A DNA stretch of 22,579 nucleotides from an uncultured bacterium (GTDB taxonomy: Bacteria; Lernaellota; Lernaellaia; Lernaellales; Lernaellaceae). Of the stretch, positions 1 to 7,280 are shown piece by piece (position 1 is the first letter of the stretch; each line of letters begins with the position of its first letter). Made by a program: the position numbers and the translations under genes. The notes under the pieces were generated by a model, which did no database searches, was not told where the DNA came from, and saw only the letters and a list, made by a program, of their open reading frames with translations. Where the stretch lies: the NCBI GenBank assembly GCA_964534375.1, contig CAZHPN010000090.1, positions 1-22,579 on the forward strand. Direction: 5' to 3'.

Positions 1-6
1 TTGACC

Positions 7-102
7 GCGGCCGAAGGCCGCCATTTGGTTGCGGCCCGAAGGGCCGCGCTAAGTCTCTGTGGTGATTATTCAGTCGTTTTGGTTGCGGACAACGGCCGCG
101 CT
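7..102. repeat. Cluster of REP-like GC-rich palindromes (TTTGGTTGCGGCCCGAAGGGCCGCGCTA family)
   Basis: GCGGCC-GAA-GGCCGC at 7-21; full 28-mer at 24-51 (stem GCGGCCC/GGGCCGC, GAA loop); degenerate copy TTTGGTTGCGGACAACGGCCGCGCT at 78-102. An exact reverse complement of 24-51 lies at 3586-3613. Confidence 0.8.
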
Positions 103-209
103 GCGCCATCTGTGGCTGTCCGGAAAATCTTTGCAGCGCAACAAGAATCGGGTTTGTCGTCAAACGCTTCGCGCCGGCCGCGTCACGACCGGATTCCGCA
201 AGATGCCGA
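101..209. repeat. Direct repeat copy 1: duplicated 3' end of the FAH-family gene plus downstream DNA
   Basis: Aligns by eye to 3718-3827 with about 8 mismatches and 1 indel in ~110 nt. On the minus strand it encodes GILRNPVVTRPARSV*, versus GILRNPVVTRPARSA* at the end of the intact gene. Confidence 0.9.
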
Positions 210-507
210 GCCGAAACTCGGGACAGTCGACGAGCCGAAACTAGGGACAGTCGCCCGTTTTCGTCCGTCTTTCGCGGCCGGCCTTCGGGAAGCGGGGCGC
301 AGCCGGCGATTCATCGCGACCTCCAACTTGGCGACGATATCGTCGCGGCCTAACGGCCGGCCGCGGTTGGTGTGAAGCCGAGGTTCGCGCAACGCTTCGC
401 GGTCTTCGTCGGCCAACGCCGTTAATGAGTAGAGGAGCCGGTCGTCCTCTGTCCCTAGTTTCCGTTCAAATAGGCTGTCAGGAACACCGGTGACTGTCCA
501 TAGTTTC
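207..507 (-). mobile_element. Non-autonomous remnant of a REP-associated tyrosine (Y1/RAYT-like) transposase element
   Basis: Two + strand copies of AAACT(C/A)GGGACAGTC (214-228, 238-252, within a 24-bp tandem repeat 207-253) face two minus-strand copies (449-462, 492-507). Between them the minus frame reads LREPRLHTNRGRPLGRDDIVAKLEVAMNRRLRPASRRP, resembling from memory the C-terminal 'R.HT.TGRPLG...F...LE..LGR.LRP...GRP' tail of RAYT proteins. No HUH or catalytic Tyr region is present. Confidence 0.6.
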
Positions 508-532
508 AGTTTCTCGTCAACGACCGGCGGGA

Positions 533-1975
533 TCATCGTCGCCAGAACAGCAAGCGGCGCCAACCAGGCGCCGTTGGCGGTTCGTTGCACGGCTTGCCGT
601 CGTAGTGGAGGATGCCCCGATTGTCGCTGCCCGTCGCATAGACATCGCCGGACGGCAAACAAATCACGGAAGTGAGGGGTTTTTCCTGCCCCGAATCGAT
701 CGGTCGCCACTTGCGGTCGCGCCCGTAATGGAGAATCGGCGCCCTCAGCGGAAAGTAGCCGTCGCCGACCGCGTAAATGTCCGTCGCCGAGGACCCGGAA
801 ATGGCTCTGAAACTACATTTGTCCGTGCCGCGGATCTCGGCGGCGGCGCTTTCGGCCATTGGTCCAAGCTGACGGCCAATCCACGAGTAGTCGTCAAAAT
901 GCTTATACAATCTCAGAAATAGTGTCGCCGCCCACGCCCACCGCGGGGTCGGATACCGCAAATGTGCGTCGCGGACGAAATTGGGGTATTCCTGCTGTTC
1001 CGGAGTTTTCACTGCCTTCCATTTTTTCCCGTCGTAGTGGACGATGCCGGGGCCGACGATGTAGACGTCCGACGCGGACGATCCCCAAATTCCAATTCCG
1101 CCTACGTACTCCACAAGCGCCAAGGTTTCGTTCCCAACAATCTGCGACCAAGTCGAACCATCGTAGTGAAGAACCTCGCCTCGTGCTGGTTCGAAGAACG
1201 AATCAAAGTCGGGAGAGACGATGGAGCCGACGGCGTACACATCATGCCCGGAGGAGCCCCACACCGCGGCCAACTCTTCGTTATCGCTGCGGCTTTGCAT
1301 GACCGACCAACTCCCGCCATCGAAATGCATTACGAATGATCCGCCCACCGCGAAAACGTCCGATGCCGACGCCCCCCAGATCGCCCTAAGTTCCGCTGGG
1401 AGAAAAACGCCCTCGTGCATCACTTCCTCGCGTCCAGAGTGTTTTATTATTTTGCCAATAACTTGCCATGCCGTTCCGTCGAAATGTACAATCGCCGAAC
1501 CGACCCCCCAGACATCGGAGGCCGACGAACCCCAAAGCGCCCAGATCGGGGCGTCGTCCAGCCAAAGCGACCGCGACCATTCCGACCCGTCATAATGCAA
1601 AATTATCGTCCGGTACCCGAAACTCCCAACGACAAAAACATCGTTTCGGCTGGACGCCCACACCGCGTACAAATCTGTGTACCTCCGTAACGGGCCGTCG
1701 CCGGGCGCCTCTTCGCGCCACCCCCCCGCTCTGCACAACGGAAGAGCGTGGTGAATCTCAAGCCTCTCCATGACGTCCTCGCGTTCCTTCGCTGCGTCAC
1801 GCCACCCGTCCGCCGGCGAACATGCCGAAAAAATGTGAGGCACAATGACCGCGATCAGTGCGCACAACGAACACCGCCGAAAAGCGACAATCCGCGGCGC
1901 CGCATCAGCGCAACGACTTTCGACATTCGCTATGCGGCGCTCTTCGCCAGCCATTTTCGCGCACTCCGTGTCCAT
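533..1975 (-). CDS. Membrane-anchored or exported beta-propeller repeat protein, 7 'WGSSxxDVyAVG...IxHYDG..W' repeats (480 aa)
   Basis: ATG at 1975 overlaps the TAA of the upstream paralog (TAATG). Hydrophobic N-terminal segment LCALIAVIVPHIFSAC, then seven ~40-aa repeats, ending PCNEPPTAPGWRRLLFWRR. The ORF-track start at 2062 lies inside the upstream gene. Confidence 0.8.
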   Translation of the reverse strand: MDTECAKMAGEERRIANVESRCADAAPRIVAFRRCSLCALIAVIVPHIFSACSPADGWRDAAKEREDVMERLEIHHALPLCRAGGWREEAPGDGPLRRYTDLYAVWASSRNDVFVVGSFGYRTIILHYDGSEWSRSLWLDDAPIWALWGSSASDVWGVGSAIVHFDGTAWQVIGKIIKHSGREEVMHEGVFLPAELRAIWGASASDVFAVGGSFVMHFDGGSWSVMQSRSDNEELAAVWGSSGHDVYAVGSIVSPDFDSFFEPARGEVLHYDGSTWSQIVGNETLALVEYVGGIGIWGSSASDVYIVGPGIVHYDGKKWKAVKTPEQQEYPNFVRDAHLRYPTPRWAWAATLFLRLYKHFDDYSWIGRQLGPMAESAAAEIRGTDKCSFRAISGSSATDIYAVGDGYFPLRAPILHYGRDRKWRPIDSGQEKPLTSVICLPSGDVYATGSDNRGILHYDGKPCNEPPTAPGWRRLLFWRR

Positions 1976-3078
1976 TAATGTCGCCAGAACAGCAAGCGTC
2001 GCCAACCTTGCGCCGCTGGCGGTTCGTTGCACGGCTTGCCGTCGTAATGGAGGATGCCCCAACTACCGCCTCCGACCGCATATGCGGCCCCCGACGGCAA
2101 ACAAAAGACAGACCCGAGGCCTATTTCTTGTCCCGAATCGATTGTTCGCCATTTGTGGTCGCGCCCGTAATGTAGAATCGGCGCCCTCAACGGGAAGCCA
2201 GCTTCGCCGACCACGTAAATGTCCGTCGCCGACGACCCCGAAATGGCCATGAAAAGCGGGCCGCCGTTCCCGTCGTCAATCGCCGTGGCCGCAATTCTGG
2301 CCGCCGGTCTTAGCCAACGCCTAATCGATGTTTCGGAGACAGCATTGTATAAGCGCAGGAAAGGCTTCGCGACCCAATCAACCGTGGGAAACGGCAAATG
2401 CGCATCGCGAAAGACACTCGGATATCTGTGTATCTTCGGCGTGTCCGCCGACGTCCATCTTCTCCCGTCGTAATGGACGATTCCTTGCCCGATGATGAAT
2501 ATGTCCGACGCTGAGATCCCCCAGATGGCCGAAAGGCCAGCCAAATTGCTCTTGTTCACCTGCTCGTCGGGTTCGGCCATTTCTTCTAAATTACCCGCAA
2601 CGGTATGCCATTCCTTTCCGTTGTAATGCGCAATCGCCGCACCGACCGCCCAGACATCCGACGGAGACGAACCCCAAACGGCGCTGATTCCGAATTCTCT
2701 CGTTGCAAACGACGTCAGCCATTCCGAGCCGTCAAAACGCTGAATTATTGCGTCCTTTGCTTGGCGGCCGACGACATACACGTCGTTTGGGCTCGCCGCC
2801 CACACCTTGTATAGTTTACGATAACCAGGCAATTCCCTACGCTACCCCCCGGCTCTGCACAACGGAAGACCGTCGTGCGTTTCAAGATCGTACAATTCGT
2901 GCCACCTTTTCTTCGCCGCCTCGTACGGAATCGTCCCGACCGCAACTGCCCCAAGAACAAATACCAGAAACAATGCGGTCAGTACGCCAACGGATCGTCG
3001 AAATACGTTCGGCCGCGGTCCCGACGGGTCGGCGCGGTATCTGCGGAAGTCCGCACCGTCTGGCTTCTCGTGAGTCAT
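1975..3078 (-). pseudogene. Paralogous beta-propeller repeat gene (5 repeats) interrupted by an in-frame TAG
   Basis: ATG 3078 with SD AAGGAG; TM segment VGVLTALFLVFVLGAVAVG. Reads LPLCRAGG-TAG(2842-2844)-RRELPGYRKLYKVW in one frame, where the paralog reads LPLCRAGG-W-REE. ORF-track pieces 2842..3129 and 1975..2832 are in the same frame. Confidence 0.75.
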
Positions 3079-3127
3079 TTTGCCCGCTCCTTGTTCGTTA
3101 GGGCAAGATCCACGGGAATTCCGGGAC

Positions 3128-3156
3128 ACAATAGAATGGCGCTAATTTAAGGCCAA
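3128..3156 (-). promoter_or_regulatory. Putative sigma70 promoter of the propeller-gene pair
   Basis: Minus strand TTGGCC-17 nt-TATTGT, about 50 nt upstream of ATG 3078. Confidence 0.4.
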
Positions 3157-3585
3157 AGCCCAGCAATATTAACGATTTCGTTTGACTACACTGGTGGTGA
3201 TTTGCTCGCCGATGACAAGCGATAACGTGCGCAGTTCGGCGATCGTCTGCGTCAACTTGCGGGGGTTGTCGATTGTGGGGGAGTTTCGGGGAGACATTAC
3301 CTAACTGACTCGATTTCCCTGCGCCCAGCAAATTCGAATCTCGGCGTCTCAGGCTGACCAAAGAAGCGAGTGTCGAATCGCGGCGGCGGTTCATCCAGAC
3401 CTCCGACCCCACCACCCGACATGTTTCCGGGCGTTGGCGGATAACGAACAAGACACCGATCCAGTGGCTGAGAGAATAGCGAATCTCGCAGAAACAAGCA
3501 AGAAAGCTCGGCCGTTCTATGTGGCGCAGCGGCTGCGCGGCCGGTCGCAAGGGGACTTTTGCGGCCTTTTTTGCCCCAGATTGCC

Positions 3586-3613
3586 TAGCGCGGCCCTTCG
3601 GGCCGCAACCAAA
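3586..3613. repeat. REP-like palindrome, inverted copy of 24-51
   Basis: TAGCGCGGCCCTTCGGGCCGCAACCAAA is the exact 28-nt reverse complement of 24-51. Confidence 0.85.
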
Positions 3614-3623
3614 GGTTTTTTTG

Positions 3624-3732
3624 CCACAGATGAACGCAGATGGCCGCAGATACGGCACGGGCCATGATGTTTCCCGCCTTGTCGAACGCCATTCGCGGCC
3701 CGTGCATCAGCGTAAATCTGCGCAATCTGTGG
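3624..3732. repeat. 109-bp fold-back element built from inverted ~10-bp CAGAT repeats (MITE/REPIN-like)
   Basis: Left arm CCACAGATGA-ACGCAGATGG-CCGCAGATAC then GCACGGGCC (3655-3663). Right arm GGCCCGTGC (3697-3705) then ATCAGCGT..ATCTGCGC.ATCTGTGG. Terminal 8-bp inverted repeat CCACAGAT/ATCTGTGG. Confidence 0.7.
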
Positions 3733-3827
3733 ATGTCCGGAAGCTCTTTGCAGCGCAACAAGAATCGCGTTTTGTCGTCAGGCGCTTCGCGCCGGCCGCG
3801 TCACGACAGGATTCCGCAAGATGCCGA
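3718..3827. repeat. Direct repeat copy 2 (includes the final codons and stop of the FAH-family gene)
   Basis: Matches 101-209 as described for copy 1. Confidence 0.9.
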
Positions 3828-4551
3828 TGCCTTCGATTTCGATTTCCACCACGTCGCCGGGGACGATCGGCCAGACGCCCGCCGGCGTGCCCGTGGCCAG
3901 CACGTCGCCGGGCAGCAGCGTCATGACGCGCGACACGTAGGCGAGCAGATCGGCGGCGGGATGCAGCATCTGCGAGGTGCGCGCCCGCTGCCGGACCTGG
4001 CCGTTGATGCGGCTTTCCAGCGCCAGGTCGCGCGGGTCGAGCCCGACGGCGACGCACGGCCCGAGCGGCCCGAAGGTGTCGAAACCCTTGGCGCGCGCCC
4101 AGGTGCGGTCGCTGCGCTGCAGATCGCGCGCGGTCACGTCGTTGACGATCGTCAGGCCGAAAATCGCCGCCGCAGCCTCGGCCGGCGTCGCGTCGCGCAG
4201 CCGGCGGCCGACCACGACGCCCAGTTCGCCTTCGATCTCGACGCGCGCGGACGCGGCCGGCAACTCGATCGCCTCGTCCGGCCCGATCGCGCTGCTGGGC
4301 GGTTTGAGAAAAACGTCGGGCCACGGCGGCGGCGGGCCGCCCATCTCCTGCGCGTGCTCGGCGTAGTTGCGGCCGATGCCGATGAACTTGCCGGGGACCA
4401 ACGGCGCCAGAAATGTGACCGCCGTCGGATCGAACACGCGGCCGGTGGGAACGGCCGGCGCGAAGAAATCGTCGCCGAGTTCGCGGATGCCGTCGGCGGC
4501 GAGCACGCCGGCGCGCGGGCCGTCCGGCGACCGGAACCGGACGAGTTTCAT
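3778..4551 (-). CDS. Fumarylacetoacetate hydrolase family protein (257 aa)
   Basis: Motifs GIGRNYAEH, FLKPPSS, EIEGELGVV, NDVTARDLQ, AKGFDTFGPLGP, LPGDVLATGTPAG. ATG 4551 overlaps the dapB TGA (ATGA). Confidence 0.95.
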   Translation of the reverse strand: MKLVRFRSPDGPRAGVLAADGIRELGDDFFAPAVPTGRVFDPTAVTFLAPLVPGKFIGIGRNYAEHAQEMGGPPPPWPDVFLKPPSSAIGPDEAIELPAASARVEIEGELGVVVGRRLRDATPAEAAAAIFGLTIVNDVTARDLQRSDRTWARAKGFDTFGPLGPCVAVGLDPRDLALESRINGQVRQRARTSQMLHPAADLLAYVSRVMTLLPGDVLATGTPAGVWPIVPGDVVEIEIEGIGILRNPVVTRPARSA

Positions 4552-5366
4552 TTCAGGCCCAGCACGTCGCCCATGTCGTAGAGGCCCGGCGGTTGCTTCT
4601 GGAGCCAGTGCGCGGCGCGGATCGCCCCGCGCACGAAGTTGTCGCGGCTCGTCGCCGCGTGCGTCAGGCACAGTTCCTCGCCGGGGCCGAAGAAATGCAG
4701 GTCGTGCCGGCCGACGATGTCGCCGCCGCGCACTGCGTGCATGCCGATCCGCCCGTCCGCCCGCGGCCCGACCCGGCCCTGCCGGCCGTGTTCGAGGCGC
4801 TCGGCCAGATCGTCGACCGCCAGCGCCTCGCCGACGACCTCGGCCAGCCGCAGCGCCGTGCCCGACGGCGCGTCGACCTTCAGCCGGTGGTGCGTTTCGA
4901 CGATTTCGATGTCCGTGTCCGCGCCGATCGTCTCCGCCGCGCGCCGCGCCAGGTAGAACAGCAAATTGACGCCGACGCTCATGTTCGGCGCCAGCACCAC
5001 GCGCGTTTTTTCCGCCGCCGCGCGGATCCGCGCCTTCTGCTCGTCGTGCAGGCCCGTCGTGCCGACCACCAGCGCGACGCCGGCCTGCGCGGCGAGGTCG
5101 GCGTGCCGCGCCGACGCCTCCGGCGCGCTGAAATCGATGACCGCTTGCGCGCCGATCAACGCGTTGCGCAGGTCGTGCTCCAGGCTGACGGCGAGCGGGC
5201 GGCAGAGCGCCAACTGCCCGATATCGCGGCCCAGTTCGGGGTGGTCCGGGCGCTCGACCGCGCCGACCAGCTCGCAGCCCTCATCGTCGGCGACGTGCCG
5301 CACCAGCGCCTGGCCCATGCGGCCCATCGCGCCGGAAACGACCAGGCGCAATCGGTTATTCCTCAT
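4548..5366 (-). CDS. dapB: 4-hydroxy-tetrahydrodipicolinate reductase (272 aa)
   Basis: Motifs GAMGRMG, VIDFS, VVGTTG, APNMSVGVN, ETHHRLKVDAPSGTA, RGGDIVG. ATG 5366 overlaps the dapA TGA. Confidence 0.97.
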   Translation of the reverse strand: MRNNRLRLVVSGAMGRMGQALVRHVADDEGCELVGAVERPDHPELGRDIGQLALCRPLAVSLEHDLRNALIGAQAVIDFSAPEASARHADLAAQAGVALVVGTTGLHDEQKARIRAAAEKTRVVLAPNMSVGVNLLFYLARRAAETIGADTDIEIVETHHRLKVDAPSGTALRLAEVVGEALAVDDLAERLEHGRQGRVGPRADGRIGMHAVRGGDIVGRHDLHFFGPGEELCLTHAATSRDNFVRGAIRAAHWLQKQPPGLYDMGDVLGLK

Positions 5367-6241
5367 GCCGGCCTCGCCGTCACGCCCAGTTCGCGCAGCG
5401 CCACCGCGAGACCGGCGACGGTCGGCGGCGTCGCCTCGGTCATCGGCAGGCGCATCGCTTTGCCGAAGCGGCCCAGCAGGCGCATCGCGGCTTTGACCGG
5501 AATCGGATTGGTCTCGACGAACAGCGCGCGGAACAGCGGCGTCAGGCGGGCGTTGATGCGCCGCGCCTCGGCGGTGTCGCCGTTCTGCCAGGCGTTCCAC
5601 AAGGCGACCATTTCGAGCGGCGCGACGTTCGCGGCGACGCTGACCACGCCGTCGCCGCCAACCGCGAGGCAGGGCAGAAACAGGCCGTCGTCGCCGGCGA
5701 GCACGTCGAGTTGCGGCGCGACGGCTTTGAGGTCGGCCGTGGCGCCGACCGTGCCCGACGCCTCTTTCACGGCGAGGATGCGCGGGTGCTCGGCGGCGCG
5801 CGCGATGCTCTCGGCGGTCATGTTCACGCCCGTGCGGCCCGGGATGTTGTAAATCATCACCGGCAGGCCGACATCGGCGATGGCGCGGAAATGGGCGATC
5901 AACCCGGCCTGCGTCGGCTTGTTGTAATAGGGGCAGACCGAGAGCAGCCCGTCCGCGCCGGCCTTGGCCGCGAGTTCTGCGGCCTTGACGCTTTTCGCGG
6001 TGCTGTTCGTCCCGGCGCCGGCGACGACCTTCGCCTCGCCTTTTTTGGCGACGCAAATGCGGAACATCGCCGTCTTTTCTTCGTCGCTGAGGGTCGGGCT
6101 TTCGCCGGTCGTCCCGCCGGGGACCAGGCCGTGCACGCCCGCCGCGACCAGCGCCTCGACGTGCTTTTGGTAGGCCGACTCGTCAAACGAACCGTCGTCG
6201 CGAAACGGGGTCGCCGTGGCGACATAGATGCCCTGGAACAT
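5363..6241 (-). CDS. dapA: 4-hydroxy-tetrahydrodipicolinate synthase (292 aa)
   Basis: Start MFQGIYVATATPF with SD AAGGAG. Motifs GTTGES, PYYNKP, IYNIPGRTG, Schiff-base Lys in VKEASG, ETNPIPVK. Adjacent to dapB. Confidence 0.97.
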   Translation of the reverse strand: MFQGIYVATATPFRDDGSFDESAYQKHVEALVAAGVHGLVPGGTTGESPTLSDEEKTAMFRICVAKKGEAKVVAGAGTNSTAKSVKAAELAAKAGADGLLSVCPYYNKPTQAGLIAHFRAIADVGLPVMIYNIPGRTGVNMTAESIARAAEHPRILAVKEASGTVGATADLKAVAPQLDVLAGDDGLFLPCLAVGGDGVVSVAANVAPLEMVALWNAWQNGDTAEARRINARLTPLFRALFVETNPIPVKAAMRLLGRFGKAMRLPMTEATPPTVAGLAVALRELGVTARPA

Positions 6242-6401
6242 CGACCGTCTCCTTGCGGAATGGCAGCGGTTAACGTGGATGTATACCCGCAAAGCCTTTC
6301 CGCCCGCAAGAAGAAAATGGCGAAAAAACGCCGGCGGGCCTTTACCTTTGGCGGCAAGTTGTAGTCGAATGAAAAAAGGCAGTGCGCGGGGAGAGGAAAC
6401 G

Positions 6402-7280
6402 ATGAAAAAACGGGCATTCTGGGCGCTGGCCGCGGTTCTCGTCGCCGCGGTTTCGGCCGGGGCGTCGCCGTTCAACGAGACGGTCAAACGCTCGCCGATG
6501 CAGCAGGCCCACCACGAAATCGCCATCTTGAATCTGGTCAACGGCCTGGAGATGGACGCCAAGCAGCAGCACGCGTTGCTCGACCTTGCCGAAAAGGCCA
6601 AGGCCATGCGCGCGGAATACCGCCAGCGGGAAGCGGCCCTCGCGAGCGAGGCGACGCCGGCGTACCGGGCGCTCGAAGCGCAGTTGCTGCAGGGCCATCC
6701 GGCGGACTCCGCGACCGAAAAACGCGCGCAGGAAGTCAAGAACCGCCAGCGCGAACTGGAGCTGCAATACGACAAGGACCTGGCCGCGCTGGTCGAGAAT
6801 GTGAAGCAAATGATGTCGCCCGGCCAGTTGGACATCATCAAGAACTACAGCTCGTGCCTGATCCCGCCGAAGGATCTGCGCGATCCGTCGCGCGTCGGCC
6901 AGGCCAACGACGGCTCGCAAATCGAACACGTGATGGAGCGAATCCGCAAAGCGCCGCCGGCCTTCCAGAGCGCCGGCATCGATAAATTTCTCGAGCGCCA
7001 CACGGAAGAGATTCGCCGGCTCTACCCGGACGGCAACCTTGAGGCCGAGGCCGCCGAGCGCGCCCGCGTGCGGGCGCTGTTCGAAAAGGCCTGCCGTATG
7101 AACGACGCTGACTTCGCACTGAATCGCGCGCAGTTGGCGGACGAAATCTACAAGCCCTACGCCGATTTCAAGGCCGCCCATCGCGCGAAGAACCCCTGGT
7201 TCAACGTCGAGCATTTCCTGCTCGACGACGCCACGCCCGACCTGCTGCAAAAGCGCTTGGCGAAAGCCAGTGGCCACTGA
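6402..7280 (+). CDS. Secreted alpha-helical hypothetical protein (292 aa)
   Basis: ATG 6402 after GAGAGG. Sec-type signal MKKRAFWALAAVLVAAVSAGA; coiled-coil-like composition; host-like codon usage; stop overlaps the start of the radical SAM gene. Confidence 0.8.
   Translation: MKKRAFWALAAVLVAAVSAGASPFNETVKRSPMQQAHHEIAILNLVNGLEMDAKQQHALLDLAEKAKAMRAEYRQREAALASEATPAYRALEAQLLQGHPADSATEKRAQEVKNRQRELELQYDKDLAALVENVKQMMSPGQLDIIKNYSSCLIPPKDLRDPSRVGQANDGSQIEHVMERIRKAPPAFQSAGIDKFLERHTEEIRRLYPDGNLEAEAAERARVRALFEKACRMNDADFALNRAQLADEIYKPYADFKAAHRAKNPWFNVEHFLLDDATPDLLQKRLAKASGH

Noticed and set aside
207..253. 24-bp tandem repeat as a mini CRISPR array
   Set aside because: Only two adjacent units, no spacers and no cas genes.
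183..536. 117-aa ORF starting at the ATGA overlap after the propeller gene
   Set aside because: It reads through both repeat pairs, the transposase fragment and the duplicated FAH end out of frame, so it is better explained as a chance fusion.
1721..1727. G7 tract (minus strand) as a phase-variation switch
   Set aside because: Short for a contingency locus, encodes a Gly-Gly conserved in both paralogs, and both genes are in frame across it.
533..2250. Similar 3' regions of the two propeller genes as a DGR template/variable repeat pair
   Set aside because: Differences involve all four bases and many are synonymous rather than adenine-specific; both copies are coding ends; no reverse transcriptase is in the window.
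2842..2844. Pyrrolysine insertion or genome-wide TAG reassignment
   Set aside because: Four other genes in the window terminate at TAG, the aligned residue is Trp (one transition away) and no pyl genes are visible.
6242..6401. Lysine riboswitch upstream of dapA
   Set aside because: The divergent gap is only 160 nt, must also hold promoters, and shows no recognisable L-box architecture.
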